Below, one piece after another: positions 31,816-41,097 of a stretch of 64,000 bases of DNA (its first letter is position 1; each line of letters opens with the position of its first letter). Made by a program: the position numbers and the translations under genes. The notes below the pieces were generated by a model. That model searched no databases, was not told the origin of the DNA, and saw nothing but the letters and a program-made list of their open reading frames with translations. Origin of the DNA: Candidatus Latescibacterota bacterium (GTDB taxonomy: Bacteria > Latescibacterota > UBA2968 > UBA8231); NCBI GenBank assembly GCA_965208105.1, contig OZ242318.1:4512001-4576000 (forward strand). Direction: 5' to 3'.

Positions 31816-32075
31816 TCACCAGGGCGGCCAGGATGAACAGGGGGCGATCCAGGCCGGAATGCCCGACTCCCAGAGCCAGAAGAATATGAAAATAACGCCG
31901 CCCAGAAAGCAGAGCACAGCCGCCCGGTAGGACATGATCTCCCGCGAGTCGTCAACCGGCGCATCCCGGTTCCAGGCCTTGTGCAGTACCTCCTTGAGAT
32001 GGGGCCGCGCCTGCCACAGGCCGAATAGCACCAGGACGATGAGCGCGCCGATCACCAGGCTGCGGGGGGTAGTGG
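31816..32075 (-). pseudogene. Fragment of a DUF6785-type membrane protein gene
   Basis: GALIVLVLFGLWQARPHLKEV...EIMSYRAAV resembles GTMIFVGLWTFWLARGHLRRV...LYRLAL in 41098-43044; only ~80 aa remain. Confidence 0.65.
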
Positions 32076-32331
32076 CCCATTGATCGGAGTGCTGCGGCGA
32101 ATCGTTTCCCTGGTCTCGGGGCTGGTCCAGTACTGCTGACAATTGCGGATGAGCTTTCTATGGCCTGGGTGCTGTTGTCCCGACTCGGGAGCGCTCGGCC
32201 GAGGCCGGATTGCGGCCGCAGGCGGGTGGCCCGGTCAGTTCATCTCCCGCGGACCGGAGCCCTTCCGCCCTGCGTAGCGGGCGCTCGAACCCCCTGGATG
32301 GGCAAGGTGATCCTGAAGGGGCACACCAGCG

Positions 32332-33222
32332 CTATTCCCCTGGAACGGGCACGGTCGAGCCATGACCCGAGTCTTTCAACACCAGTCCCGTATCCCGCGC
32401 GGAGGTACGGCAGATTTCCTCGAGCCTATTTATCCATTGCCTGCGCTTTTCACTGTTGTTGGGATTGCTGAGCCATTCCTCGGCCATCCCGTGCTGCCAG
32501 GGCATATGCGGATGGGGCTCGGGATGCAGGTACCTGGGAGCGATGTGGCGCATGGTCTCCAGTTCTTCGGGGGTTTCCGGGTAGTGGAAGAAGCTGACAC
32601 AACTCATGTGCCGGTCGTTGCTGCCGCCGCTGGTCGCGTGCATGATGCGCAGATCGAAGGCAACCACATCGGCGGGCCCGTAGCTGGTCTGGCAACAGGG
32701 AATTTGGTCCAGTTGCTCGGCGGCTCTCCTGGCGTAATCCGGGGTTTTTCTGAAGTGCTTGCCGAGTACGGGATAATGGGATAGCTGGTCCTGGAACGGG
32801 TTCTGATGGGATCCGGGTATGAATCTCAGCGCGCCGCTGCTGCCGTCCACCGGTTCCAGGCCGAATTGAAATTTCACCCCGCATCCATAGGTGTTCATGC
32901 AGCCGTCGTTGTAATGCCAGGGGGTGTTGCCGACGTACCTGTAGGCGTTGACTTCGAAGGCGAAGGCCTTCGGGCCGAAAAGCTGCTCGGCGGCTTCATA
33001 GAACCGCGGATCTTCGGGCAGGGTCGAGTAGAATGGAGTATCGGTGCCCAGCATTTTGAAGTACTGCATCTTCGTCCCGTCGAATTTTTCCCAGCGCGAT
33101 GCCCTTTCGGCGGCGTAATTGAATTCCTCCCTCATCGCTTCCACCTCCCGGGGACGAAAGAAATTCCTGATCACCACGAATCCGAAGGTCTTGAACTGAC
33201 TTTCCTGTTCCGCCGTCAACAT
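32332..33222 (-). CDS. Phytanoyl-CoA dioxygenase (PhyH) family protein
   Basis: LTAEQESQFKTFGFVV, GALRFIPGSH, DVVAFDLRIMHA; GGAGG RBS. Confidence 0.85.
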   Translation of the reverse strand: MLTAEQESQFKTFGFVVIRNFFRPREVEAMREEFNYAAERASRWEKFDGTKMQYFKMLGTDTPFYSTLPEDPRFYEAAEQLFGPKAFAFEVNAYRYVGNTPWHYNDGCMNTYGCGVKFQFGLEPVDGSSGALRFIPGSHQNPFQDQLSHYPVLGKHFRKTPDYARRAAEQLDQIPCCQTSYGPADVVAFDLRIMHATSGGSNDRHMSCVSFFHYPETPEELETMRHIAPRYLHPEPHPHMPWQHGMAEEWLSNPNNSEKRRQWINRLEEICRTSARDTGLVLKDSGHGSTVPVPGE

Positions 33223-33244
33223 AGTCCACCTCCTCTTGAGAAAC

Positions 33245-36214
33245 CTATAGGGGCCGTCCGAATTCGGTGAAGCCCACCAGCGCGCGCGCGAAGAACTTCC
33301 AGTAGTCGAATTCCTGGAAGCGTTGGGTCTCGTCGTCGAAGCTCCTCCTGTCGCGGGCAACTCCGGCGATCGTCACCAGTTCGTAGCCAAAATAACTCGA
33401 GCGGTTGGTCGCCGTCAAAAACGCCGAGCGCTGCTCGAAGCTGTTGCGTTTGGAAAGCTCGTCCCTGCGCCGGTAGGGAAGCGGACCCAGGCCCTGAAGG
33501 CCGGCGCTCAGGGTGGTCCGGGACAGCAATGGGCACTGCAGGCGCAGAATGGGAATGGCGCGCAGCTCGGACTGCAGCTGCACTTCGCGTTCGCGGTCCG
33601 CCAGGCGAAACACCATGAGCTTGTACTGCGGCGTGATGTGCAGCTTCCACCAATGGAAGGAATACTGCAGTCGTGTGACAGAGGTCCACAGGTCCAGGCG
33701 CCGGTCGCGCTGGAACAGTCCGCTGGGCAGCTTCCCACCCCGTTGCCAGTTGAGGCGCAGGCGGAGCTTCTGCACCAGGTCGAGACCCGATAAGAGTTGA
33801 AGGCTTCCTTCCAGGTAGGATTCGTTGACGAAACTGTCCTGGTAGAGCAGCAGATCCGGTACGAAGCCGACCTTGAGAAATTTCACGATGCCCTCCCCGG
33901 GGGGGGCGTCGGCGGTGTATACCACTCCGCGGCCGCCGAAGTAGCTGTCGCGGGAGCCGGCGTCGTCCTCGTACTCCATGAACTCGTCGGCGATGTCGTC
34001 CTCTACTCTGCGGCTGTTGTTCTCGAAGAAAATTTCCCTGAGCCACCCCGTCCCCCGCCTGCGGTAGCCCACCAGCCCATAGGTGGAGCGGCTGTTCCCG
34101 GCGCCGGCGGTCTCCTCGATCGAATAGTGCCCCAGCGCCAGGTACCAGTGCCGGGTCAGGTTGTACTGGCCGAACAGATGGACCCCGCGTTCGTCGTAGT
34201 CGTAGGGATAGTCCACTTCGCCGTCGTCTTCGCGCCCGTCCGGCTCGTCGTTGTTGTTGCGGTCGAGGCCATAGACGTATGCGTTGGGCTCGACGTCGAA
34301 CATCAGGAAGGGTTCCTCGTAGTCGGGAATTCGGTTGAGGTTGCGGTTGGTGTCCGGCGCCCCGTCGTTGTCCTCGTCCTGATTCAGAAATACCCCGTTG
34401 AGGTCGGTGCCGACCTGGTCGATGAGCATGCCCACCAGCGCTCCGTGGCGGATGTCGGGATAGCGGTCCCCGTCGTCGTTGTCGTCCACCGTCCTCCAGT
34501 ACATGTAGTTGTTGAGCAGGCCCTGGAGATGGCCCCTCCAGAACGTGTTCTCCCAGTGCTTGTAGGAGCGGAACTCGGTGGAATACCCCGGATTTACGGA
34601 GAACAGCTCGGCGCCCGCCAGGCCGCGGCCGAAGTGGTGGACCGCGTTGAGAAACCAGGCCGAACCCCCATGGGTGAAGCGCGGAGAGTAATCGAAGGCG
34701 GGCTGATTGTCGATCTCGGCCGGATAGCGCGAATAGACGCTGGAGCGGGCGTACTCGGCGGAGATCTCCAGGCCCGGCAGCTGCAGGTTGAGGTCGGCGC
34801 TGTAGATGAAATGGCCGGTGTTCTCGCCCACGTCGAAGCGCCTCCTTTTGAGGTTGGACAAATCCTGGACGTTGCCCTCGGCCCTGGAGAGGACATGGAA
34901 ATAGCTGGCGGCAAACCGGTCCGGGTAGAAAGTCGCAAAATCGGACTTGATGTATACCATGGCCACGTCGACGTGATAATCGTTGCCCACCAGGGCCTCC
35001 ACCGCCACCGAGCGGATTGCAGCTTCGGATCCCATGTCGAAGAGAAAGACCAGCTCGCGCCGGCCGTCGGCGCGCAGCATGGCCAGGGGCGATTCCACCG
35101 CGTAGGTGGAGACGAGGCCTGGGATATTGCCCACTTCGCTCACGTCGAGGCCATCCTCGTGGTCCAGCCGGGTGAAATAGTCGGCAAAGAGGGGAAAGTC
35201 GCGGTCGCGGTAGTAATATTCGTTGACGTAGGGAGTCGCCGAAGATGAGGCGGTGAAATAGTTGTAGGGCAGGACGGTGAAATGACCGGTGATGGCGGAG
35301 GTGAATCCCACCTGCAGAGGGGGGTCGGCGCGATGGCTCAGCACCCGCGGCGGCAGGTCCGGCCGGGCCTGGCCGTTGACCACCAGCTGCACGTCCTGCA
35401 CCGCCGCTCCGCCCACGCCGTCGGCGGGGGAGTCGTCCTTGAAGCGCACGATGATCCATTCCATCAGGGGGTGGTCCGGCTTCAGGCGGCCCTTGAGACT
35501 GTTGCCGGTGCGGGTGCTCTGGTAGATGTGATGGTTGACCCAGTTGAGGCCCAGCCTCAGGTTGCCCGCGTCGGCCTGCGCCCGGCCGCCCAGAAGCAGG
35601 GTGGAATCGTCGGCTTTCTGCAGGTGCAACTGCACCGCCTCGCTTGCCTGGCGAAGATCTCTCGCCATGTCCATCGGCCGCTCCGCCCGCGACGCCACCG
35701 CGGTCAGCTTCAGATGGGGGGTGGCGAGATCGAAGCGGGCACCGTTGAAATCCACCTTGTAGAGGGTCAGCGGGGTGAAGCGGGCAATCAGGCCATCCCC
35801 CGCGACAAGGTGGTATCCCCACTGGCCGTAGCCGTCGCTTCCAGCCACTACGTAGTCGAAGGCGGCGTTCCAGGCACCGGGGTTCTGCTTGAATATGGCA
35901 CTGCCGAATTTCTGTCCCGGAGTGCGGATCTCGTCCCACTTGTAGAGATCGTATCCGCGCACCAGGAAGTTGCCGAAGGAGTCGTACCGCTCTTTCGGTA
36001 TGTCGGTATATGGGTAGAAATGGTGGGGAGCGTTCTGGAAGTTCTGCAGGGCGAAGTTGCGGTAGGGTCCGCGTTCCCAGCGCAGAAACGGCCGACCCGA
36101 GGCCACCTCCTCGAGGTGCATGCCGTCGCCGCCGGCAAGGCCCCACGCAGCAAGCAGGGCAAACAGGAGCCAGGGCATGCGAGGAGGCCGTGCAGCCGCG
36201 ATTCTCCTGATCAT
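33245..36214 (-). CDS. Large exported hypothetical protein (possible outer-membrane protein with Ca-binding motifs)
   Basis: ~990-aa ORF, signal-like N-terminus, aromatic-rich beta-strand pattern, several DxDxDG-like motifs. Confidence 0.75.
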   Translation of the reverse strand: MIRRIAAARPPRMPWLLFALLAAWGLAGGDGMHLEEVASGRPFLRWERGPYRNFALQNFQNAPHHFYPYTDIPKERYDSFGNFLVRGYDLYKWDEIRTPGQKFGSAIFKQNPGAWNAAFDYVVAGSDGYGQWGYHLVAGDGLIARFTPLTLYKVDFNGARFDLATPHLKLTAVASRAERPMDMARDLRQASEAVQLHLQKADDSTLLLGGRAQADAGNLRLGLNWVNHHIYQSTRTGNSLKGRLKPDHPLMEWIIVRFKDDSPADGVGGAAVQDVQLVVNGQARPDLPPRVLSHRADPPLQVGFTSAITGHFTVLPYNYFTASSSATPYVNEYYYRDRDFPLFADYFTRLDHEDGLDVSEVGNIPGLVSTYAVESPLAMLRADGRRELVFLFDMGSEAAIRSVAVEALVGNDYHVDVAMVYIKSDFATFYPDRFAASYFHVLSRAEGNVQDLSNLKRRRFDVGENTGHFIYSADLNLQLPGLEISAEYARSSVYSRYPAEIDNQPAFDYSPRFTHGGSAWFLNAVHHFGRGLAGAELFSVNPGYSTEFRSYKHWENTFWRGHLQGLLNNYMYWRTVDDNDDGDRYPDIRHGALVGMLIDQVGTDLNGVFLNQDEDNDGAPDTNRNLNRIPDYEEPFLMFDVEPNAYVYGLDRNNNDEPDGREDDGEVDYPYDYDERGVHLFGQYNLTRHWYLALGHYSIEETAGAGNSRSTYGLVGYRRRGTGWLREIFFENNSRRVEDDIADEFMEYEDDAGSRDSYFGGRGVVYTADAPPGEGIVKFLKVGFVPDLLLYQDSFVNESYLEGSLQLLSGLDLVQKLRLRLNWQRGGKLPSGLFQRDRRLDLWTSVTRLQYSFHWWKLHITPQYKLMVFRLADREREVQLQSELRAIPILRLQCPLLSRTTLSAGLQGLGPLPYRRRDELSKRNSFEQRSAFLTATNRSSYFGYELVTIAGVARDRRSFDDETQRFQEFDYWKFFARALVGFTEFGRPL

Positions 36215-36252
36215 GGGCACCCTCCCGGCAGTTAAAACCTCCAGCCGCCTGG

Positions 36253-36294
36253 AAAAGGTACAGGGGTAGATCGCGAAATCTACCCCTGTACTTT
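36253..36294 (-). terminator. Intrinsic terminator hairpin
   Basis: Perfect 14-bp stem GTACAGGGGTAGAT / ATCTACCCCTGTAC with short T-tract on minus strand, ~30 bp after the stop at 36327. Confidence 0.75.
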
Positions 36295-36326
36295 ACTTGC
36301 CTTCGTATGCTACCCCGAGGGGCAGT

Positions 36327-38285
36327 CTACTGCAGCAGTGTCATCGCCCGCACGTCGGAGAAGTCACCGGCCTGCATGCGATAGAAATAGGCGCCGCTGG
36401 AAACGGGTGCGCCGCGGGAATCGCGGCCGTTCCAGGTGACCTGGTAGGTGCCCGCAGGCTTGTAGTTGTCGACGAGCGTATCCACCCTCTGGCCCACCGA
36501 GTTGAACACGTCGATCGTCACGTGGTCGTCCGCCGCGATGGTGAAGTCGAAGGCGGTCTCGGGATTGAAGGGATTGGGATAGGCGGCACCGAGGCTGTAG
36601 CTGTCCGGCGTGCCGGCCCCGTCCACAGCTTCGACCGCGGTTACGTCGGCACCCAATGTTCCGGTCTGGATGTCGAATCCCATGTGCATGGCCATCGCCG
36701 GGTTTCTCGGCTCGGTGGACTCATACGCGCGGAACTCGTGGTGGACGATGTCGAAGAAGGTGTTGAAGACCAGGCCGTCGTACGGTCCCGGGCTGCCGGC
36801 ATTCTCTCCGCAGTAGAGATCGCCGCCGTGTCCGGAGCAGTTGTTCTGGATGACCGCGACGTTGGTGTTGGCATGCTGCCGGTAGGGCCCGATTTCCAGG
36901 GGTGTCCAGATTCTCCCGATACCCGAGCCGTCGCGGCCCAGGATGGAAGCCCGGTGCCCGATGGTGTTGTGCCGGGCCGTGGTGATCAGAGCTCTGCTCT
37001 TCTGGTCAGGTATGGCATCCAGAACCAGGGAGAGCTCGCCCCCGAGGACGTCGCCCGAAAACCCGAGAGCGGCGGCGCGCTCCTGGGAAATCTGGTCGTC
37101 GTAGAAGTCACCCGGGCCGTTGGACCAGATGAGGTCGAAGTCATGATCGATCTTGATCACCTGGGTGCCTCGCCAGCCGGTCACCCAGAGGCCGGTCTCG
37201 TTTACCGAGGTGGAGGTCACACCGCCGGCACTGAAGCTCTCGTTGCCGTTGTCGTCGATGCGGTATCTCCAGAAGAACTCCCGGTGCTGGTCGACGTTCT
37301 GGAGGAATTCACCGGTGGCCTTGTCCCATACGCAGAAGGAGGGAGCGGGGATTTCGGCGGTGCTCCAATTGGCGGTGTAGAGCTTGTCCTTCCAGATCGA
37401 CAAGTGCAGGGCGCGCTCGGTTTCGGCCAGGGGCAGGTGGGAAAAGCCGTTGTCTGCGAAGTTGGGATCCCTGTCCAGGGTCTTGGAGGCGTCGTTGCGT
37501 ATCAGCCTGTAGACCCCGCAATGCGGGCCGTTTGGTGTCATCGACACGTAGAAGGCAGTGGGGTCGTCAATGTCCGGGCGAATGCCGCCGACGGTATCGC
37601 CGCGTTCGAGCATCTGGACCGACTCTTCGAATTCCCAGAGCTCATAGGCAGTGGGATTGGCGACAAAGTCGGTACCCAACTTTGCCAGGGCAAGACTGCC
37701 CCAGAACTGGCCGCGGTCCGGTTGCGCGGACGCAGCCAGGTGGCACCAGTTGTCCCCGTTGCGCAGATCGAAGATGTGGTCGGGCATGCCCTGGCTGCTG
37801 ATACCCACCAGGGCGGAGGGATCGAGATTGTTGACGGCTATGACGTCGAACTCGTAGTTGCCGGGGCCCGCTTCCTCCCCGTTCCAGTCACGGCCGTCCC
37901 ACCTGATGACGTTGTCGCCGGCGGCGAGGGCAATGCCGCTCTCGTTCGGAGCGGTGGCGATGAACTTGTCCTGGGCAACGTAGCGCACAACGGCACCATT
38001 GATATTGGTGGGGCCGGTGTCGGTGGAGCCGATCTCGTAGATGGCCACCCATACGGTGGCGCGCTGGTTCATGGTGAAGGGAATGTCCACTCCGCCGCTG
38101 CCGCCGTAGGCGACGTTGGATACGCTCAGGCGCAGGGGATTCGGGGTGGAATTGGTGATGGGTGGGACGAGTTCGTTGATGTTTTCCGCGTTCTGTAGCC
38201 CAGGTGGATAGGTCTCCGCGAGGGCTGTTTCCATGGTAAACACACCCAGCACCAAAGCACACAAACTGGTTTTGCAGAATCTCAT
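36327..38285 (-). CDS. Secreted protein with FlgD-Ig / T9SS-like C-terminal domain
   Basis: Signal peptide; C-terminal YPNPFNPET..FNSVGQRV..WNGRD..SGAYFY; second FlgD-like segment near N-terminus; AAAGGAGG RBS. Confidence 0.85.
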   Translation of the reverse strand: MRFCKTSLCALVLGVFTMETALAETYPPGLQNAENINELVPPITNSTPNPLRLSVSNVAYGGSGGVDIPFTMNQRATVWVAIYEIGSTDTGPTNINGAVVRYVAQDKFIATAPNESGIALAAGDNVIRWDGRDWNGEEAGPGNYEFDVIAVNNLDPSALVGISSQGMPDHIFDLRNGDNWCHLAASAQPDRGQFWGSLALAKLGTDFVANPTAYELWEFEESVQMLERGDTVGGIRPDIDDPTAFYVSMTPNGPHCGVYRLIRNDASKTLDRDPNFADNGFSHLPLAETERALHLSIWKDKLYTANWSTAEIPAPSFCVWDKATGEFLQNVDQHREFFWRYRIDDNGNESFSAGGVTSTSVNETGLWVTGWRGTQVIKIDHDFDLIWSNGPGDFYDDQISQERAAALGFSGDVLGGELSLVLDAIPDQKSRALITTARHNTIGHRASILGRDGSGIGRIWTPLEIGPYRQHANTNVAVIQNNCSGHGGDLYCGENAGSPGPYDGLVFNTFFDIVHHEFRAYESTEPRNPAMAMHMGFDIQTGTLGADVTAVEAVDGAGTPDSYSLGAAYPNPFNPETAFDFTIAADDHVTIDVFNSVGQRVDTLVDNYKPAGTYQVTWNGRDSRGAPVSSGAYFYRMQAGDFSDVRAMTLLQ

Positions 38286-38499
38286 GGTGTATCCTCCTTT
38301 AAGGTTCCCGGGCTGCTCTCAGCCTTTCGAAATCGTTCATGCGAACTGGTCGGCGTTGGTCAGGTCTCCTGGTACCCACCTCCTTTCGAGACCGCTGAAT
38401 TCCGGTTTTGGCAAGCAGCATGGAATCGCCGTTACTTGGCAGAGATCCGCGCAAGGACTGTACGCGGGACCGGATTTCCTGCCTTTTCTTGCATAATGT

Positions 38500-38528
38500 A
38501 CTATGTAAAATGGTAGTGCAATTGTCAA
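38500..38528 (-). promoter_or_regulatory. Sigma70-like promoter
   Basis: TTGACA-17 bp-CATAGT in an AT-rich intergenic region. Confidence 0.5.
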
Positions 38529-38610
38529 GAACATTATAACAATGGAATAACTGATTGATTTTTAAAGAGATATAGCGCCTCCTGGGTTGGTGGGCGGCCT
38601 CCCCTGCCCA

Positions 38611-40818
38611 TCAGGCCAGGTCCACGAGCACCACCTCCTGCAGTTTTACCTCCGGCACCAGGATCCGCGCGCCATCCGCTCCCGGCTGTAAAGCCAGGTC
38701 GCGCAGAGGCAAACGCGCGCCCCGCGCTCTGAACTCGTTGAGCCGGATCACCACGTCCCTGACGGGGAGCAGTTCGTCGACGCTGAAAAAGTTGGGGCGG
38801 ACCTCCCGCGAGGTGGACCAGGGCAGAAACGGCATGGGGTTGTTGAGCAGGTGTATCATCAACTGTCCCGGTTTGCGGTGAAAAGCGGTGGCGTCGATCA
38901 CCTCGGGGGCCACAACCTCCAGCGCGGGGATGGCGGTGCGCGCCAGATAGTCCATGAGCCGCTTCAACTGGGGAAGGGGACCGCGGCAGTAGCCCTGGCC
39001 CAGGTCGCCGCACAGATAGATGGCCGTACCCTGTCCGCAGCGGTTCATGGTCAGGGCCGGCTCTCCTGAATCGAAGTCGGCGCCGGCGTAGAACTCGTCA
39101 CCGAGCGGAGACCTGTTGCCTTTCCACTTCAGGCTGCTTTTGGTGAAGAGGACCTCGGGGTCAGAGCCCGGCCGCAGCTCGATCCGGGATTGGGGGGCGC
39201 CGAAGGCGACGAAATGCCCGAACCGGCGCTTCAATTCCTCCGTCTGGGGAACGAGGATATTGCTTTCTCCCGGGTTCACTTTGCCGTTCTCCAGCTCGAC
39301 CGCCTCTCCAGCCTCGGCTCCGGCGTAGTCCACACCCAGGACGTCTGCCAGGCCGAAGTTGCCGCGCTCGCGCCCGAGCTCGTCGCAAAGCGATGTGCGG
39401 TGGGTGGCGAGTAGGCAGCCCCCCAGGCGCACGAACTCGCGGATGGCTTCCACCTGGCCGTCTCCCAGGCAGCCGCTGTTGGAGAGGACCAGCACCTTGT
39501 ACTGGCGCAGCGTATCCAGGGTCAGGTTCCGGTCGAAGACCACCTCGGTGAGGATCTGCGAGCGCCTGAGCATCTCGTCGCTGCCCCGGCACATCTTCCA
39601 GAATTCGTCCGGTTCGGGGTAATACTGAAAGTCCCTGCCCTGCTGCGAGACGTGCAGGGCGGCGTGCCTGACCGCCTCACCGCCCACGTATGGCTGCAGT
39701 TCCCGCGCCGCCGAGTAAATCGACTGCAGCGTGGTGCCGTGGTGGGTATGGGCGCCCGCGTCGAGGGATACGGTTACGGACGCGCCGCCGCGGACCACGG
39801 CGGACAGCGCCGCGATGGCGCCGGTGTGGGGCTCGGGGCAGGGAGCGGAGCCCACCTCCGAAATGCTGCGTGCTGCATGGAAGAAGAAGCCGAAGGTCGG
39901 GCCGGCAGCGCGCAGCAGCTTGGCGGGAAAGCTCACTCCCAGGTTGTCCAGGCCGGCCTCCATGAAGAAGTGGGTGGTGGTCGGCAGGGGATTCAGGGGG
40001 TGGCTCGCCATCCAGCCGATGTCCGGGCTGCCGTAGGGTCTCCCGTAGTAGTTCCAGTCAAGGACAACATCGGGATGTTCGGCGTAGACCCCGTTTGCCA
40101 CGTGTTCCACTCCCTCGGTGAACTTGCCGTAGCGCCAGACGATGTACCTGCGGAAATCCACGTCCTCCATGTCGACCACGGTGGGCAGCTCGCGGCCGCA
40201 TTCCTCCAGGTACTGTTCCCGGCAGAACCTGCAGATGCACCCGCCGGTTCTGCGCTGCCCGGCGTCGGAGTGGGAGCCCCAGTTCATGTCGTCGAAGTAG
40301 ACCCCGTCCAGGTCGAAGTAGTCGATCATCTCGTTGAGGTACCGGGGCAGCCAGTCCCGGTAGGGCGAGTTCCAGCACAACCAGCCTTCGTTCCATACTT
40401 CCTCGCCGCCGTCGTCGAGCATCTGTATGCCCCAGTCGGGATGGAGCTCCTGGATCGGGGTGGTGAAGATGAAGGGATAGTAGCTCATCATGAAGATTCC
40501 GCGCTGGTGAGCGGCGGCGATGAATTCGCGGATGCGCTGACCTTCGGCCTCGTATTCGGGGGGACGCGGGATCAGTGCCGACGGCCACAAGGGCCACGAG
40601 CGGCCGATGCCGCCTCCGGGCCGGTGGCGCATGGCGGCGATGGTCCACGCCTGGACCCCGGCGTCGGCCATGGCGTCGACGCTGAGCTGAATGCCCGCCC
40701 TGGGACCGCCATCGGGGTCGGTGCGGTGCACACACCCTGGATAGTGTTCGGTGCGGCAGATCCTCTGTTCGTAGGGGATTTCCTTGAGGAGGCGGGCGGT
40801 TGTTCCGGACCTGGCCAT
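38611..40818 (-). CDS. Putative glycoside hydrolase (TIM barrel plus beta-galactosidase trimerisation-like domain)
   Basis: HPDW, LCWNSPY, LDGVYFD, CICRFC, YKVLVLSN..IREFVRLGGCLLAT..LADVLGV. Confidence 0.75.
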   Translation of the reverse strand: MARSGTTARLLKEIPYEQRICRTEHYPGCVHRTDPDGGPRAGIQLSVDAMADAGVQAWTIAAMRHRPGGGIGRSWPLWPSALIPRPPEYEAEGQRIREFIAAAHQRGIFMMSYYPFIFTTPIQELHPDWGIQMLDDGGEEVWNEGWLCWNSPYRDWLPRYLNEMIDYFDLDGVYFDDMNWGSHSDAGQRRTGGCICRFCREQYLEECGRELPTVVDMEDVDFRRYIVWRYGKFTEGVEHVANGVYAEHPDVVLDWNYYGRPYGSPDIGWMASHPLNPLPTTTHFFMEAGLDNLGVSFPAKLLRAAGPTFGFFFHAARSISEVGSAPCPEPHTGAIAALSAVVRGGASVTVSLDAGAHTHHGTTLQSIYSAARELQPYVGGEAVRHAALHVSQQGRDFQYYPEPDEFWKMCRGSDEMLRRSQILTEVVFDRNLTLDTLRQYKVLVLSNSGCLGDGQVEAIREFVRLGGCLLATHRTSLCDELGRERGNFGLADVLGVDYAGAEAGEAVELENGKVNPGESNILVPQTEELKRRFGHFVAFGAPQSRIELRPGSDPEVLFTKSSLKWKGNRSPLGDEFYAGADFDSGEPALTMNRCGQGTAIYLCGDLGQGYCRGPLPQLKRLMDYLARTAIPALEVVAPEVIDATAFHRKPGQLMIHLLNNPMPFLPWSTSREVRPNFFSVDELLPVRDVVIRLNEFRARGARLPLRDLALQPGADGARILVPEVKLQEVVLVDLA

Positions 40819-40898
40819 GACGGGCTCCTTTGCGAGGGGTGGATTCGGCATTGGCGGGATTCAGTCGATTGCCTGTCGCCCCGCCGGGTGGGCGCGGT

Positions 40899-40928
40899 AG
40901 TATAGATCATTGCAAGATTCGATGTCAA
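40899..40928 (-). promoter_or_regulatory. Sigma70-like promoter
   Basis: TTGACA-18 bp-TATACT. Confidence 0.65.
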
Positions 40929-41097
40929 TATCCATCCGCGGACCCTCCGATGCCGGTAGGTGAGGGGCCGGCGCTCGTTCCAACAAGAAAGAGAACCCAC
41001 CGCACCCGTTTGGGAGTAATTGCAATTTTGCATAAGTTAGGGCCTACCCGGCCGGAATTTCGCTCTTTCATCACTCCTCCGGCCTTCCCGGACTCCC

